The position numbers were made by a program, and so were the translations under genes. A stretch of DNA of 64,000 bases from an uncultured Fibrobacterota bacterium (GTDB taxonomy: Bacteria; Fibrobacterota; Chitinivibrionia; Chitinivibrionales; FEN-1185): the NCBI GenBank assembly GCA_963729895.1, contig CAVSQB010000005.1, positions 377,943 to 441,942 on the forward strand. The letters are read 5' to 3'. Below are positions 48,722 to 58,199 of this stretch, one piece after another. The notes beneath the pieces were generated by a model. The model worked only from the letters and a program-made list of their open reading frames with translations. It searched no databases and was not told the origin of the DNA. Every line of letters begins with the position of its first letter. The stretch's first letter is position 1.

Positions 48722-49349
48722 CTTTAGCGACAATGCCCTTCTGCGCCAGGTCGGCAATCACGAGGTTGACAATATCCCGGTGAACGGCCTCGGCCGTCGC
48801 GGGCTCGGGCGTCCGGCTGACCGCGCTCCAGACCATCCAACTCTCGCCGCCGCAGGTCCACACGTCAATTGAGCGGTTGGCGATCACTTGCGTGTCGACG
48901 TAACCCGGATGCTCCACATCATGATAGTACGTGTAGAATTCCCCCTTGCGCCTGCTGTATCCTGTCTCGGGCTCCTTGGCGACATAGCCCGGTACATAGG
49001 TGCTGCTGACCGCCTTGGGAAGCCTGCGGGTAACGATGATCCCATCAAAAGCTTGTTCCGCTACGGCTCCGGCAAGCTGGTTGGAATCAGGCAGCGCGTC
49101 GGGGAACAACCGGTACGACTGGGTGGCGCTCACGCCATGCCTGGCAAGCTCTCCTATGAAGGCGTCTTCCCAAACGCGACGCCTCGCCGGGTCTTTCCGG
49201 ACGGCAATTACGAGTATTTTGGTCAGGGCCGGGCCGCGAAAGGAGGCGTCGCTCCACTGGTTGACAAGCACGGATGTCGAGCAGCCCGGCGCGAGGGCGA
49301 TTACGCTGAACAGCAGCGCGGCCAGAAAGATGTTCCTGCGCACATTCAT
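48714..49349 (-). CDS. Putative lipoprotein
   Basis: Lipobox-like LAPGC after a hydrophobic stretch; start at MNVRRNIF behind a GGGGAGG RBS. Confidence 0.65.
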   Translation of the reverse strand: MNVRRNIFLAALLFSVIALAPGCSTSVLVNQWSDASFRGPALTKILVIAVRKDPARRRVWEDAFIGELARHGVSATQSYRLFPDALPDSNQLAGAVAEQAFDGIIVTRRLPKAVSSTYVPGYVAKEPETGYSRRKGEFYTYYHDVEHPGYVDTQVIANRSIDVWTCGGESWMVWSAVSRTPEPATAEAVHRDIVNLVIADLAQKGIVAKVK

Positions 49350-49588
49350 GATTCGCCTCCCCTGGGAAGGATCCATTTCCATGTATTGCACGCCGCCCGG
49401 TGCGGCACCTTGCACAAAATAGTTTACGCATCTCCATGAATCCTCTGCAGGCGCGGTTTGGGGCATCGGGTTCGTATTTTCGCGAACGGTTTCCACGGCG
49501 ACGCAGAGTGCAAAATGTGAGGTTCAAGAGTAACGTTTTGCCCGTAATCCAATGTCCAATACGTGAAGGCTAAAAGGAGGGTATCACA

Positions 49589-50197
49589 ATGCTAAAGAAA
49601 TTTCGTGCGTGGTTCGTCGTGGGCGCTGCAGCGATAGCTGCATTGTATTCTTCGTGCATCGTTCCACCGCCTCCAGGCCGGGTGATTGTTCCCGTGGTTC
49701 ATCCGCGGGCGGGTTTTTATTACCATGGGCGTCACGGAAGGGTGCGGTACTTTGCGCCGGCAGGGCCTGGCGTGGCCGTGGTACTGCCTCCTGTGGGAGC
49801 GTACGTGGAATATCTTCCCGACGGTTATACGACGGTTGTGGTTGGAGGGGTGCCGTACCATTACTCCAACGGCGTGTATTTTCGGCCCCACATGTCCGGA
49901 TACGTAGTGGTGGCCGAGCCGGCGCAGTATTCCGCGCCTGTCGATCAATCGTCGCCGCCTGCAGCCGTTCCGCAGGCCGCGGTTCCGCTCCAGTCGCCTG
50001 CTCCGTCGGGCGGGCAAACCGGGTCGCTGTCCGGCGTACCGCAGTCCGACACGGTGACCGTGAACGTTCCGAATGCAAAAGGAGGGTTTACTCCCGTGAA
50101 GCTTGTCAAACGCAATGGCGGCTACGTGGGGCCGCAGGGAGAATTTTATTCGGGAAACCCGACCGTTGATGAGTTGAAGGCCCTGTACGGGAATTGA
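49589..50197 (+). CDS. Pro/Tyr-rich putative lipoprotein (DUF6515-like)
   Basis: AAGGAGG RBS, lipobox-like YSSC, 'LPDGYTTVVVGGVPYHYSNGVYF...YVVVA'. Confidence 0.65.
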   Translation: MLKKFRAWFVVGAAAIAALYSSCIVPPPPGRVIVPVVHPRAGFYYHGRHGRVRYFAPAGPGVAVVLPPVGAYVEYLPDGYTTVVVGGVPYHYSNGVYFRPHMSGYVVVAEPAQYSAPVDQSSPPAAVPQAAVPLQSPAPSGGQTGSLSGVPQSDTVTVNVPNAKGGFTPVKLVKRNGGYVGPQGEFYSGNPTVDELKALYGN

Positions 50198-50292
50198 CGG
50201 GGGAGATTGTTTTTGAGAGAAGGGCGCGGTGGCTTCTTCAACGACGTGTCGAGGGGAAGCAGCCGGTCAAAGGTAATGTCCGATTTATATTC

Positions 50293-50952
50293 CTAGAACG
50301 ATACCTGGTAGAGAATGACATTAAAGGCAGGCACAGCTATAGCCTCACCTCCAATCCCGATGTAGGGTCGATTCATTAACAGTGCTCCAACAATTAACAG
50401 TCCGAATAGGCTTCCCGAACTTGTTAGTATAACGTTTCCATTTTCCCCCAGTCGTTTTCCAGCCCAGCAGACACCTATGGGACTGCCGATTGCGTATCCT
50501 ATCATCCCGGCCAGGAAGGCATACGCGTAGAGAATAGGCCTCGGATCTACATCCGTCACCGTTAGGTTATGTGCCGCAAACAGGTATGTCGCAACAGAAG
50601 TCGTTGCAAAACCTGCCATGCCGAATCCGAAACCCGAAAGGCCTTCCAAACAAATGTTTCGGCCCGAGTGAAGTCTCATTCTTGAACCAGCCGCGTTGCC
50701 CAAGATAACCGTAGTAGTGGAATAGGCCGGTTGGATCAACGCGGTGTCTACATCCCGTATTTCGTAGCTTCTTATTCTATTTCTCGGCAGGGTGACTTCT
50801 TCAGAGTTTCCTGCTTTTCTAAAGCCGATTGTTGAATCTGTCATTTTTGTTATTGTGCCGTTGCTCTGAACTCCATCAGTGAAAGTAATCCTGTCGGCAT
50901 GAACCGCGGAAAAGAGGAAAAGGAAAATAAGGACGTTGTGATTCGCCGCCAT
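50293..50952 (-). CDS. Hypothetical exported/membrane protein
   Basis: Signal peptide, small beta domain (ADRITF.DG...G.I), Gly-rich TM helices; lower GC. Confidence 0.6.
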   Translation of the reverse strand: MAANHNVLIFLFLFSAVHADRITFTDGVQSNGTITKMTDSTIGFRKAGNSEEVTLPRNRIRSYEIRDVDTALIQPAYSTTTVILGNAAGSRMRLHSGRNICLEGLSGFGFGMAGFATTSVATYLFAAHNLTVTDVDPRPILYAYAFLAGMIGYAIGSPIGVCWAGKRLGENGNVILTSSGSLFGLLIVGALLMNRPYIGIGGEAIAVPAFNVILYQVSF

Positions 50953-51002
50953 GTTAATCTCTTATGTCAATGTTGAGGCTGACCGTAGAGTTCGGCTCAT
51001 CC

Positions 51003-51539
51003 CTAATTCAACGCTACACCTAACGAGAAGAGGCTCATCGTATCAACAATCAAGCAACCAGCAGTATCAGTAAGATTGATAGGCCAACTCCGGTTTGCGA
51101 GCGCAAGAGTGTCGACATTGGCAGATATTCTTATACTGCAAAATAGATCAAAAGCACAATTACACCTGGCAGCCTGATTACCTATATTCGTTTCCTCCAG
51201 GAAAAGTGTAGTACGGGATATTTTATAGGTTGTTACAAATTGGGAGGCACAATTGGCAACTTTTCGAAAGTGAATAATATCCAAGATTGAATCAGCCGCA
51301 TCGTAATGCCACCGAATCTGTTCCGCAACGACATATTCACTTGTAGAAATACGGTATTGAGAGGTTATTGAATCGGTAGTGAGCATCACCTTTTGCAGCC
51401 CAACGGTATCGGTCCTCAAAAAACCGCCACAACTGCTGGAATAGGCAACGGGTGGTTGACTATACTCATTGATACTGGTTCTACTACAACCGATGACAAC
51501 AACGAATATCACAAAAAGGTATCGGCTCACAAAAACCAC
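51003..51539 (-). CDS. Hypothetical Cys-containing lipoprotein
   Basis: Lipobox-like VIGC; SSCGG, ANC, ARCNC motifs; lower GC. Confidence 0.6.
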   Translation of the reverse strand: MVFVSRYLFVIFVVVIGCSRTSINEYSQPPVAYSSSCGGFLRTDTVGLQKVMLTTDSITSQYRISTSEYVVAEQIRWHYDAADSILDIIHFRKVANCASQFVTTYKISRTTLFLEETNIGNQAARCNCAFDLFCSIRISANVDTLALANRSWPINLTDTAGCLIVDTMSLFSLGVALN

Positions 51540-51564
51540 ATTCCTTATTCCCCCATCTGCCCCG

Positions 51565-52629
51565 CTACGGCGCCGCGTAGAAAAACACGCGGGCGCCGTA
51601 GCGGGGCATCATTCCAATTCTGATCCCCGACGCGCCATGCAGATTCCTTTTGTCAATCACAGGAAACGCCGCCAGCCTGCGGCCCCGGACGTCGTACCAC
51701 GCAATGGTGCCCGCAGGCGCCGCCTGTCGTTGTGCCTTCGCGTTAGACCCTGCACGCGGGAGGACGGGGGCCAGGGAATTGACGAATACCGAATCAAAAA
51801 ATCGGAGCACCCGGAGCATGGAGGAGTCCGGAATGCCGACGTGGTCTTCGTCGGTCTCAAAAAAAAGGTGAGGCATGGAAAGGCCGGTCATGATGGTGTC
51901 GAGTCTCCGGTTTTCTACGGCAAACCATTCATCATTTCGTCCGCCGTACGACCCCAGGTGCACGCTATCCGTTTTGAGGCGGTGAATATTGAGCAATATA
52001 TTGACTGCATTCCAGTTTACCGTATCTGCCGGAGAATCTCCCAGATCGAAGAATAATCCAAAGTTGTTGCCTTGCCAGTCGGGATTGAGCGGCAGCGTGG
52101 GGTCGACGCCGCCTTTTATGCTGAATGCCGAACCATACACATCCGGATGCTGAATAATGTTATGCAGGGCGCCGAAACCGCCCATGCTCCAGCCCGCCAC
52201 GCCGGTGCTCCGGCGGCCCGGAAGCGTGGCATAGGATGAATCGATTATCGGCTTGAGCTCTTCCACCAGGAAACGGGAATGCGCGTAGGTTGGGTGCAGC
52301 GGGCTGTCGAGCCACCATCCGTACCGGTCGTTGTCGGAAGGCGCGACCGCGATACAATGCACACTGTCAATGAGTGTTTCCATGTTTCCGAAATTGGCCG
52401 CGAGCCATGTCAGATCGCTGCAACCGGCGCAATGCAGCAGGTAAAGAACAGGGAAGCGTTTCCCTTGGGCACTATCCTGTGCGTAGGAATCGGGCAGAAT
52501 AACCACATAGGATACGGTCATGCCGAGGAGCTGACTCACATACGACCTTGACTCAGATTGTCCGGCGTACAGGAACGATGCCTGCAGCAGGAGCGCAAGG
52601 GCAAAGCGGTTTATCATGGTGCTTCTCAT
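51565..52629 (-). CDS. Secreted alpha/beta-hydrolase esterase (CE1/tributyrin esterase-like) with T9SS-like tail
   Basis: FPVLYLLH, EELKPIID, AGWSMGG nucleophile, C-terminal 'WYDVRGRR'. Confidence 0.8.
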   Translation of the reverse strand: MRSTMINRFALALLLQASFLYAGQSESRSYVSQLLGMTVSYVVILPDSYAQDSAQGKRFPVLYLLHCAGCSDLTWLAANFGNMETLIDSVHCIAVAPSDNDRYGWWLDSPLHPTYAHSRFLVEELKPIIDSSYATLPGRRSTGVAGWSMGGFGALHNIIQHPDVYGSAFSIKGGVDPTLPLNPDWQGNNFGLFFDLGDSPADTVNWNAVNILLNIHRLKTDSVHLGSYGGRNDEWFAVENRRLDTIMTGLSMPHLFFETDEDHVGIPDSSMLRVLRFFDSVFVNSLAPVLPRAGSNAKAQRQAAPAGTIAWYDVRGRRLAAFPVIDKRNLHGASGIRIGMMPRYGARVFFYAAP

Positions 52630-52721
52630 GAAGAAATATTCCTGCGTTGTAAAAGCCATTGTTTGTATTGGCGCGGTATCACCCTGCAATTGGTCTTGTC
52701 ACGCTATCAATGAGTAAAAGA

Positions 52722-53245
52722 CCGCCGACAGGAGTCGGCGGCATTATTCCAGGCCAAGATCCAGCTGGATAGCGCCACAATCTTCACGTCCTTGGTGTTC
52801 AACGTAGCTTATGATCGTTCTCTCGTCAAGTCCTATGGTTGAAACACAGTACCCGCGCGACCAGATTCCGCCGCCGCGTATCGCCTTCCCTATGCTTGGA
52901 AATCGCTCCGGCAGTAATTTCCCCGTCCGCGATTTCACGAACTGCACTACGCTTGCGACAGATATCCGCGGCGGAATCATTACCACCATGTGTACATGGT
53001 CCAGCTGGACATTGGCCCGGATTACCTCGATATCGTCGTCCATCCCATCAAGATGCTTCAGTACCTTTTCCAAATATTCTTTCACCCCTGTCACGAATAT
53101 CCGACGACGATATCGAGGAGTCAAGACGATGTGGTATTCTGTTCTGTATACGCAATGGGTGCCCTTCCGAAATCTCATTTACTCAAAATACGTTGTTGTC
53201 CACATCGTCTTGACAGCCCATCCATCCCCAGACTGGAGTCTGGGG
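52722..53245 (-). mobile_element. IS200/IS605-family element (tnpA only); true ends lie slightly outside the hairpins
   Basis: Subterminal hairpins CCGCCGAC-AGGA-GTCGGCGG (52722-52741) and CCCCAGACT-GG-AGTCTGGGG (53226-53245) flanking tnpA. Confidence 0.85.
52744..53178 (-). CDS. tnpA: IS200-type Y1 HUH transposase
   Basis: YHIVLTPRYRR, DHVH, WSRGY, YVEHQ. Confidence 0.92.
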   Translation of the reverse strand: MRFRKGTHCVYRTEYHIVLTPRYRRRIFVTGVKEYLEKVLKHLDGMDDDIEVIRANVQLDHVHMVVMIPPRISVASVVQFVKSRTGKLLPERFPSIGKAIRGGGIWSRGYCVSTIGLDERTIISYVEHQGREDCGAIQLDLGLE

Positions 53246-53465
53246 GTTTATTGGGCAGACTAAATGAGAATGCCTTTGGGAGCTTCGCGGGATCACGACA
53301 TTTGCATAATCCCTGGAAATATAATACTCCCATCCCGCAATTACAAATGCAAGTCTTTTGTGCCCCGAAATCGGCAAAGATCGCACACGAGGGATGGATT
53401 CACTTTAATCCGGTCATTAAATAGTTTATCTATTCTTGGTTTTGGGTCGCCCTATTTTCCCTGGT

Positions 53466-53533
53466 GCTTGCCTCGATACACCGCTCGCCGAGTGGCCTTT
53501 GGGCCGTATCGAGGCGAGCGGCACTCGGCAAGC
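53466..53533. repeat. Nested REP-like palindrome
   Basis: GCCTCGATAC...CACTCGGC outer unit containing an inverted inner unit GCCGAGTG-GCC TTTG GGC-CGTATCGAGGC. Confidence 0.7.
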
Positions 53534-53824
53534 GTTTTTGAAGAGTAAAATTGTCACCACTGTAATGACCGGATTATTACTCCGGCAGTAATACATGCCC
53601 AAAATTGGCGGCCCTTGCACTATGAAATCGATGCTTTGTTATGTGCATATTCAGTTGCCGGAGTAATAATAACTCATGTCTTATTTTGCCACTTGTCGGC
53701 AAAATGAGACCACTGCGGCTCCCTCGGTTTGGAAGCCGATTCCCGGTGGTTGGCATACATGTTGCGCCTCTTTTCCAGTAATTGCCTTTCGGATTTTACT
53801 CAATTTGACAGCAAGGAGGATCAC

Positions 53825-54745
53825 ATGGACCAAAAAACGGTCATGGTCGTCGGCGCAACCGGTTCCCTTGGATCGAAAATCGTAAAAGCGCTCCTTGACC
53901 AACACGCGCACGTGACAGCCATGGTAAGGGCGTCGAGTAACCGGACGAAACTTCAGGACGTTGGGGTAACGGATTTTGTTGTCGGCGACATGATGGACCC
54001 CGACTCGTTGCGCAAGGCCCTTTCCAACGTTCCGAAGCTTGATGCGGTCGTCGCAAGTGCGGCCGGCTACACCGGCCACACCAAGGGCGATGATCCTCAG
54101 ACGGACACCCAAGGCTACCGTAATCTGGCCGACGCAACAAAGGCCGCGGGTATTTCCCGTTTTGTGTTGATCTCAATTCTGGAATGCGACAAAGCGGAAC
54201 GCGTTCCCCATTTCTATCACAAATTTCTTGTGGAAAAATATTTGCGTGACAAGGAACAGCCGTTTATTGCGCTTCGTGCCGGCGCCTTCCTCGATCAGGC
54301 CGGGGATTTCGTTCTCCCCAAGATACAAAAAGGCATTTTTCCCGTATTTGTTCCGGGCGTGGCGTACGGCATGATTTACACTCCCGATCTGGCGCGGTAC
54401 GCGGCACTTGCCGCCACCAGCGTCCCCGAACGGGAATTAAATTCCACGGTTGATGTCGGATGGGACAGCCCGGCATCGGGAGCGAGCGTGGCCCAGGCTT
54501 TTTCAAAAGTGCTCGGCAAGACAATAGTGGCCGCGCCCGCTTTCCCGCCCCTTCTTGCGAACGTGATCCTGCCGTTTGTCGGCCTGTTTGCGAGGCGGGT
54601 AAAAGATATGAACGAAATGGTGAAATGGATGAAGACCGGACGATACACAAGCAAGAACACCCAAAGACAAAAAGAACTGTTCGGCGATGTACCTACGATA
54701 GAAGAGGCGGTAAGGAGATATTGCAAGGACCGTAATCTTGTTTAG
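53825..54745 (+). CDS. NmrA-like / atypical SDR NAD(P)-binding protein
   Basis: AAGGAGG RBS, VVGATGSLG, GISRFVLIS, PHF..K..VE. Confidence 0.85.
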   Translation: MDQKTVMVVGATGSLGSKIVKALLDQHAHVTAMVRASSNRTKLQDVGVTDFVVGDMMDPDSLRKALSNVPKLDAVVASAAGYTGHTKGDDPQTDTQGYRNLADATKAAGISRFVLISILECDKAERVPHFYHKFLVEKYLRDKEQPFIALRAGAFLDQAGDFVLPKIQKGIFPVFVPGVAYGMIYTPDLARYAALAATSVPERELNSTVDVGWDSPASGASVAQAFSKVLGKTIVAAPAFPPLLANVILPFVGLFARRVKDMNEMVKWMKTGRYTSKNTQRQKELFGDVPTIEEAVRRYCKDRNLV

Positions 54746-54807
54746 ACGAAATGGCAGGACCCGCCCCCTTCTTCTTTTCGGCGGTCTTGAGGAAAAGGTC
54801 TTTTATC

Positions 54808-55356
54808 ATGACACTCATCGCTTTACTGCGGGGGATCAACGTCGGCGGCAGGAAAGCCGTCCGGATGGCGGACCTGGTAACGCTGATGCACTCGCTGCAT
54901 GCGGCGAACGTCAGGTCATATTTGCAAAGCGGAAATCTGGTTTTTGACCATGACCTCGCCGCTCCGGAGGAACCATCGCGCAGAATCGAACGGGCGATCA
55001 AGCGGAAATTGGGTCTTGACGTGAGCGTGATTATCAGGACGGCGGAAGAAATGCGAAGCATCGTTGCGTCGAATCCGCTGTTGAAATGGCCGGAAATCGA
55101 TGTGGAAAAGCTGCATGTCACCTTTCTGAAAGACATTCCTTCCGTGCCGGACACTTCCTATTTCGATAAAGTCAAGGATCGGGACGAGCAGGTGCGGATC
55201 AAGGGAAGAGAGGTTTACCTGTATTGTCCGAACGGATACGGACGCACGAAATTGACCAACCTGGCTATTGAAAAGAAGCTGGGGACCGCTTCGACCACGA
55301 GGAATTGGAGGACGGTGAAGGCGTTGGCGGAGATGTCGAAAGGTTCCAAATCGTGA
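54808..55356 (+). CDS. DUF1697 family protein
   Basis: ALLRGINVGG, YLQSGNLVF, TTRNWRTV. Confidence 0.85.
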   Translation: MTLIALLRGINVGGRKAVRMADLVTLMHSLHAANVRSYLQSGNLVFDHDLAAPEEPSRRIERAIKRKLGLDVSVIIRTAEEMRSIVASNPLLKWPEIDVEKLHVTFLKDIPSVPDTSYFDKVKDRDEQVRIKGREVYLYCPNGYGRTKLTNLAIEKKLGTASTTRNWRTVKALAEMSKGSKS

Positions 55357-55454
55357 ACCAAGTACGGGCGGCCACGACCGGCACCGGCCGGAGGTTTGCG
55401 TTCGTGGTCATTTTTGGAGCGGCGCACCGGTGCGCTTAATACTATTTTCTTGCT

Positions 55455-56018
55455 ATGAATAGCCCTGCAACGCCGACCTCATTTGAAGGATCAATCTTCA
55501 ATTTTCTTTCTTCTCTCTTCGCAAAGCACAAGATCCGTGCTGTTTTGGTCGGCGGCTATGCCCTCATCGCCAACAAGGTCCAAAGAATGACTTTTGACAT
55601 TGATTTTATGGTGACAGAGTCCGACTGCGAAAAGCTCGAACCCGACGTCCTTTCCGCCGGTTATACGGTTTTCAACCGGAAGAGCGCATTCGTGCAGTTC
55701 AAAAGTGAAAAACCAGGGTTACGCGACCTTGATTTTCTTATTGGAGATCTGCGCACGGTGGAAGCGCTTTTCGCTCAAGGGAAAGAAGTTTCGATAGCGG
55801 GAGAAACATTTGTAGTGCCCAAACTGCAACATCTTATTGCCATGAAACTTCATGCCATCGCCGGGAACAAGAAAAGACAAATTAAGGATTTCCCCGACAT
55901 AGTCCAATTAATGTCGGCAAACGGCATTGATCCGTCGAGAAAAGATATCAAGGAAATGTTTAAAAGATACAATGCATTGGATTTGTACAAGAGAGTGCTT
56001 GATTCGGGTAGGGGGTGA
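55455..56018 (+). CDS. Nucleotidyltransferase-fold protein
   Basis: VLVGGYAL, RMTFDIDF, LIAMK, KDFPD. Confidence 0.75.
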   Translation: MNSPATPTSFEGSIFNFLSSLFAKHKIRAVLVGGYALIANKVQRMTFDIDFMVTESDCEKLEPDVLSAGYTVFNRKSAFVQFKSEKPGLRDLDFLIGDLRTVEALFAQGKEVSIAGETFVVPKLQHLIAMKLHAIAGNKKRQIKDFPDIVQLMSANGIDPSRKDIKEMFKRYNALDLYKRVLDSGRG

Positions 56019-56206
56019 CAATGAAAAAAGAAAAGGACCTCCATTTACCTTCGGTCGACCATGAACCCCTCGAACCTTCCATCCGTACCGTTGATGAAAT
56101 AAACACGTGGATCGAACAGGATTATCCGCGTTTTTTCGATCGTGCGGCCTATGAGGCCGAAAAAAGAATGAATTCGGTTGATTCCCCTTTTGTTCTCGAT
56201 GCCTGA
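56015..56206 (+). CDS. Small hypothetical protein coupled to the nucleotidyltransferase
   Basis: GTGA overlap with the upstream stop; 63 aa ending PFVL. Confidence 0.55.
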   Translation: MTMKKEKDLHLPSVDHEPLEPSIRTVDEINTWIEQDYPRFFDRAAYEAEKRMNSVDSPFVLDA

Positions 56207-56970
56207 TGAATGCGCACTCTCTCAAACCCCTTTCCTGGTACAAATCCCTTCACGACGCCAAATCCCGGCGCGAGGAAAACGCATTTCTCGTTGAAGGGAC
56301 AAGGGCCATTGCCCAGATTTCCCGCTCGTGTCCGGGCTGCATCCGCGAATTGGTGGTGCGGGAAGAAGACGCGCCGCCTCAGGACCTTGTGTACCCGGTT
56401 CGCGTCGTTTCCCGCTCGCAGTTCCGCTCCGTGTGCATTTCGACAAACCCTTCGGGACCGCTCGCTGTTGTCAACATGCCGGATGGCGCGTTCGCCGAAA
56501 GCCTCCCGCGCAGGAAAGGCGACAAGGTGCTTGTGCTCGAGGACATCCAGGACCCGGGCAACGTGGGAACGCTCGTCCGGAGCGCGGCGGCTTTCGAATT
56601 TTCCGGGGTCCTCATGAGTGACAAATGCGCAGACCCGTTCGGGCCCAAGGCCGTGCAGGCTTCCGCGGGTTCGGTTTTATCGCTCTGGATTAGAAGGACA
56701 AAAGAGTATGCGGCCCTGCTGGCCGGGCTTGCCGCCGAAGGATATTGCTGCATCGCAGCCGACGTGGGAGGAAAAGAGACGCTCGGGCCTGCAAGCGCCG
56801 CGAAAATCGTCGTGGTCCTGGGAAATGAGGGGAGCGGCATCAGCCCGGACACCCTGCGGCTTGCCAACCGGGTTGTGCGTATACCGATATGCGAAAGAAA
56901 CGTGGAGTCGCTCAACGTTGCGGTGTCGGGCGCCCTGTTCATGTATGCGGCGTCTCGTCCCCCAGCGTGA
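56206..56970 (+). CDS. TrmH/SpoU family RNA methyltransferase
   Basis: IQDPGNVGTLVRSA, LGNEGSG, ESLNVAVS. Confidence 0.9.
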   Translation: MNAHSLKPLSWYKSLHDAKSRREENAFLVEGTRAIAQISRSCPGCIRELVVREEDAPPQDLVYPVRVVSRSQFRSVCISTNPSGPLAVVNMPDGAFAESLPRRKGDKVLVLEDIQDPGNVGTLVRSAAAFEFSGVLMSDKCADPFGPKAVQASAGSVLSLWIRRTKEYAALLAGLAAEGYCCIAADVGGKETLGPASAAKIVVVLGNEGSGISPDTLRLANRVVRIPICERNVESLNVAVSGALFMYAASRPPA

Positions 56971-58102
56971 TACGGGCGCGGCCCTCGCGCTTTGAACGGT
57001 AGAGCGCCTCGTCGGTCCGTTTCACGATGCTCTTTTCGTCTTCGCCCGCCTTCGCTTCCGCAATGCCGACGGAAAGGCTCACCCTGCCGAACTTGAACGC
57101 GCCGAACTGCTTTGCGATGCGCTCCGCCGCCACCCGGGCCTGGTTCCGGTCGGTATCGGGCAGAATAACCGCGAATTCGTCGCCGCCGTAGCGGAACCCG
57201 GCGTCGACATCTTTACGGATGCAAACCTTGATCACCTGGCCCAGGCTCCTGAGCACCTGGTCTCCAACCTGATGGCCCTCGGTGTCGTTGAGTTCCTTGA
57301 AATGGTCGATGTCGATAAGCATGAGAGACAGCTTGCGCTGAGGGTTGCGCTTGAGGCGCGAAAGTTCGCGCACGATCTGGTCGTAGAAGTGCCGCACGTT
57401 GAACAGTTCGGTGAGGCTGTCGGTGATCGCAAGCTTGGAGAGAAGCTCATTCTTCTTGACAAGTTCCATTTCCAGTTTCTTCTTTTCGGTGATGTCCTTG
57501 GCCGTCACCACAAGCCCGATAATCTGCTCAAGGTCGTTCTTCATCTCCGAAATGCTCAGGTTGAGCAGGATGATCTCTCCCTGCTTCGTCTTCATGGGGA
57601 TTTCTTCGTTCACCGATTTTCCGGAAAGAAGCACCGCGTTGAAGATCTTGCGCTCGTCGGCCTCATTGACAAAAAGTTGTTTGAGCGGCACGCCGACGAT
57701 CTCCTCCTGGGTATAGCCGAAATGCATTTCCGAACCCTTGTTGAACTTGAGGATAAAAGCGTCCATATCGGTGGTGAAAATGATGTCGGTGGAATCGTCC
57801 AGGATGCTTTCCAGATAGTTTGACTTGCCCTGGATCCTCCTCACCGTGAGCTGGTTCTTCTCCATCCTCCTGGCAAATTCCCTTATGTACCGGTGGAAAC
57901 CGTAGAACAGAACGGCAAGGAGTGCGGCCGTCACGAGTGAAATCCCGACCGTCCACACCCACGGCGGGCATTGAAAGAAAGAAAAAACGCTCAGAGCGAG
58001 AAGAATCACCGACAGGGACAACGCGACCCCTGCGGCAAGCATCCAGCCTGGAATTCCGGAGTAGTTGTTAAAATTGGGTAAAAATGGCTGAAATGGGTTC
58101 AC
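56939..58102 (-). CDS. Membrane-anchored PAS-GGDEF diguanylate cyclase
   Basis: Two TM helices, PAS/PAC (KDITE), TDSLT, DIDHFK.LND..GH..GD, RYGGDEF. Confidence 0.9.
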   Translation of the reverse strand: MNPFQPFLPNFNNYSGIPGWMLAAGVALSLSVILLALSVFSFFQCPPWVWTVGISLVTAALLAVLFYGFHRYIREFARRMEKNQLTVRRIQGKSNYLESILDDSTDIIFTTDMDAFILKFNKGSEMHFGYTQEEIVGVPLKQLFVNEADERKIFNAVLLSGKSVNEEIPMKTKQGEIILLNLSISEMKNDLEQIIGLVVTAKDITEKKKLEMELVKKNELLSKLAITDSLTELFNVRHFYDQIVRELSRLKRNPQRKLSLMLIDIDHFKELNDTEGHQVGDQVLRSLGQVIKVCIRKDVDAGFRYGGDEFAVILPDTDRNQARVAAERIAKQFGAFKFGRVSLSVGIAEAKAGEDEKSIVKRTDEALYRSKREGRARITLGDETPHT

Positions 58103-58199
58103 GCTGTCCTATCGCTTGACGGAAAAAATAAATTCCCTCTATCTCATTTTACACTAATTTGTTATTAATTACAGCAAAAAAAGTATATCCAAGCCGTTT

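Noticed and set aside
50953..51002. Possible attC site between the low-GC genes (GCCGAAC after the stop on the minus strand)
   Set aside because: No complementary GTTRRRY core or hairpin, and no integron integrase in the window.
53260..53820. tnpB or another CDS next to the IS200 tnpA
   Set aside because: Only short ORFs with no RuvC or zinc-finger motifs.
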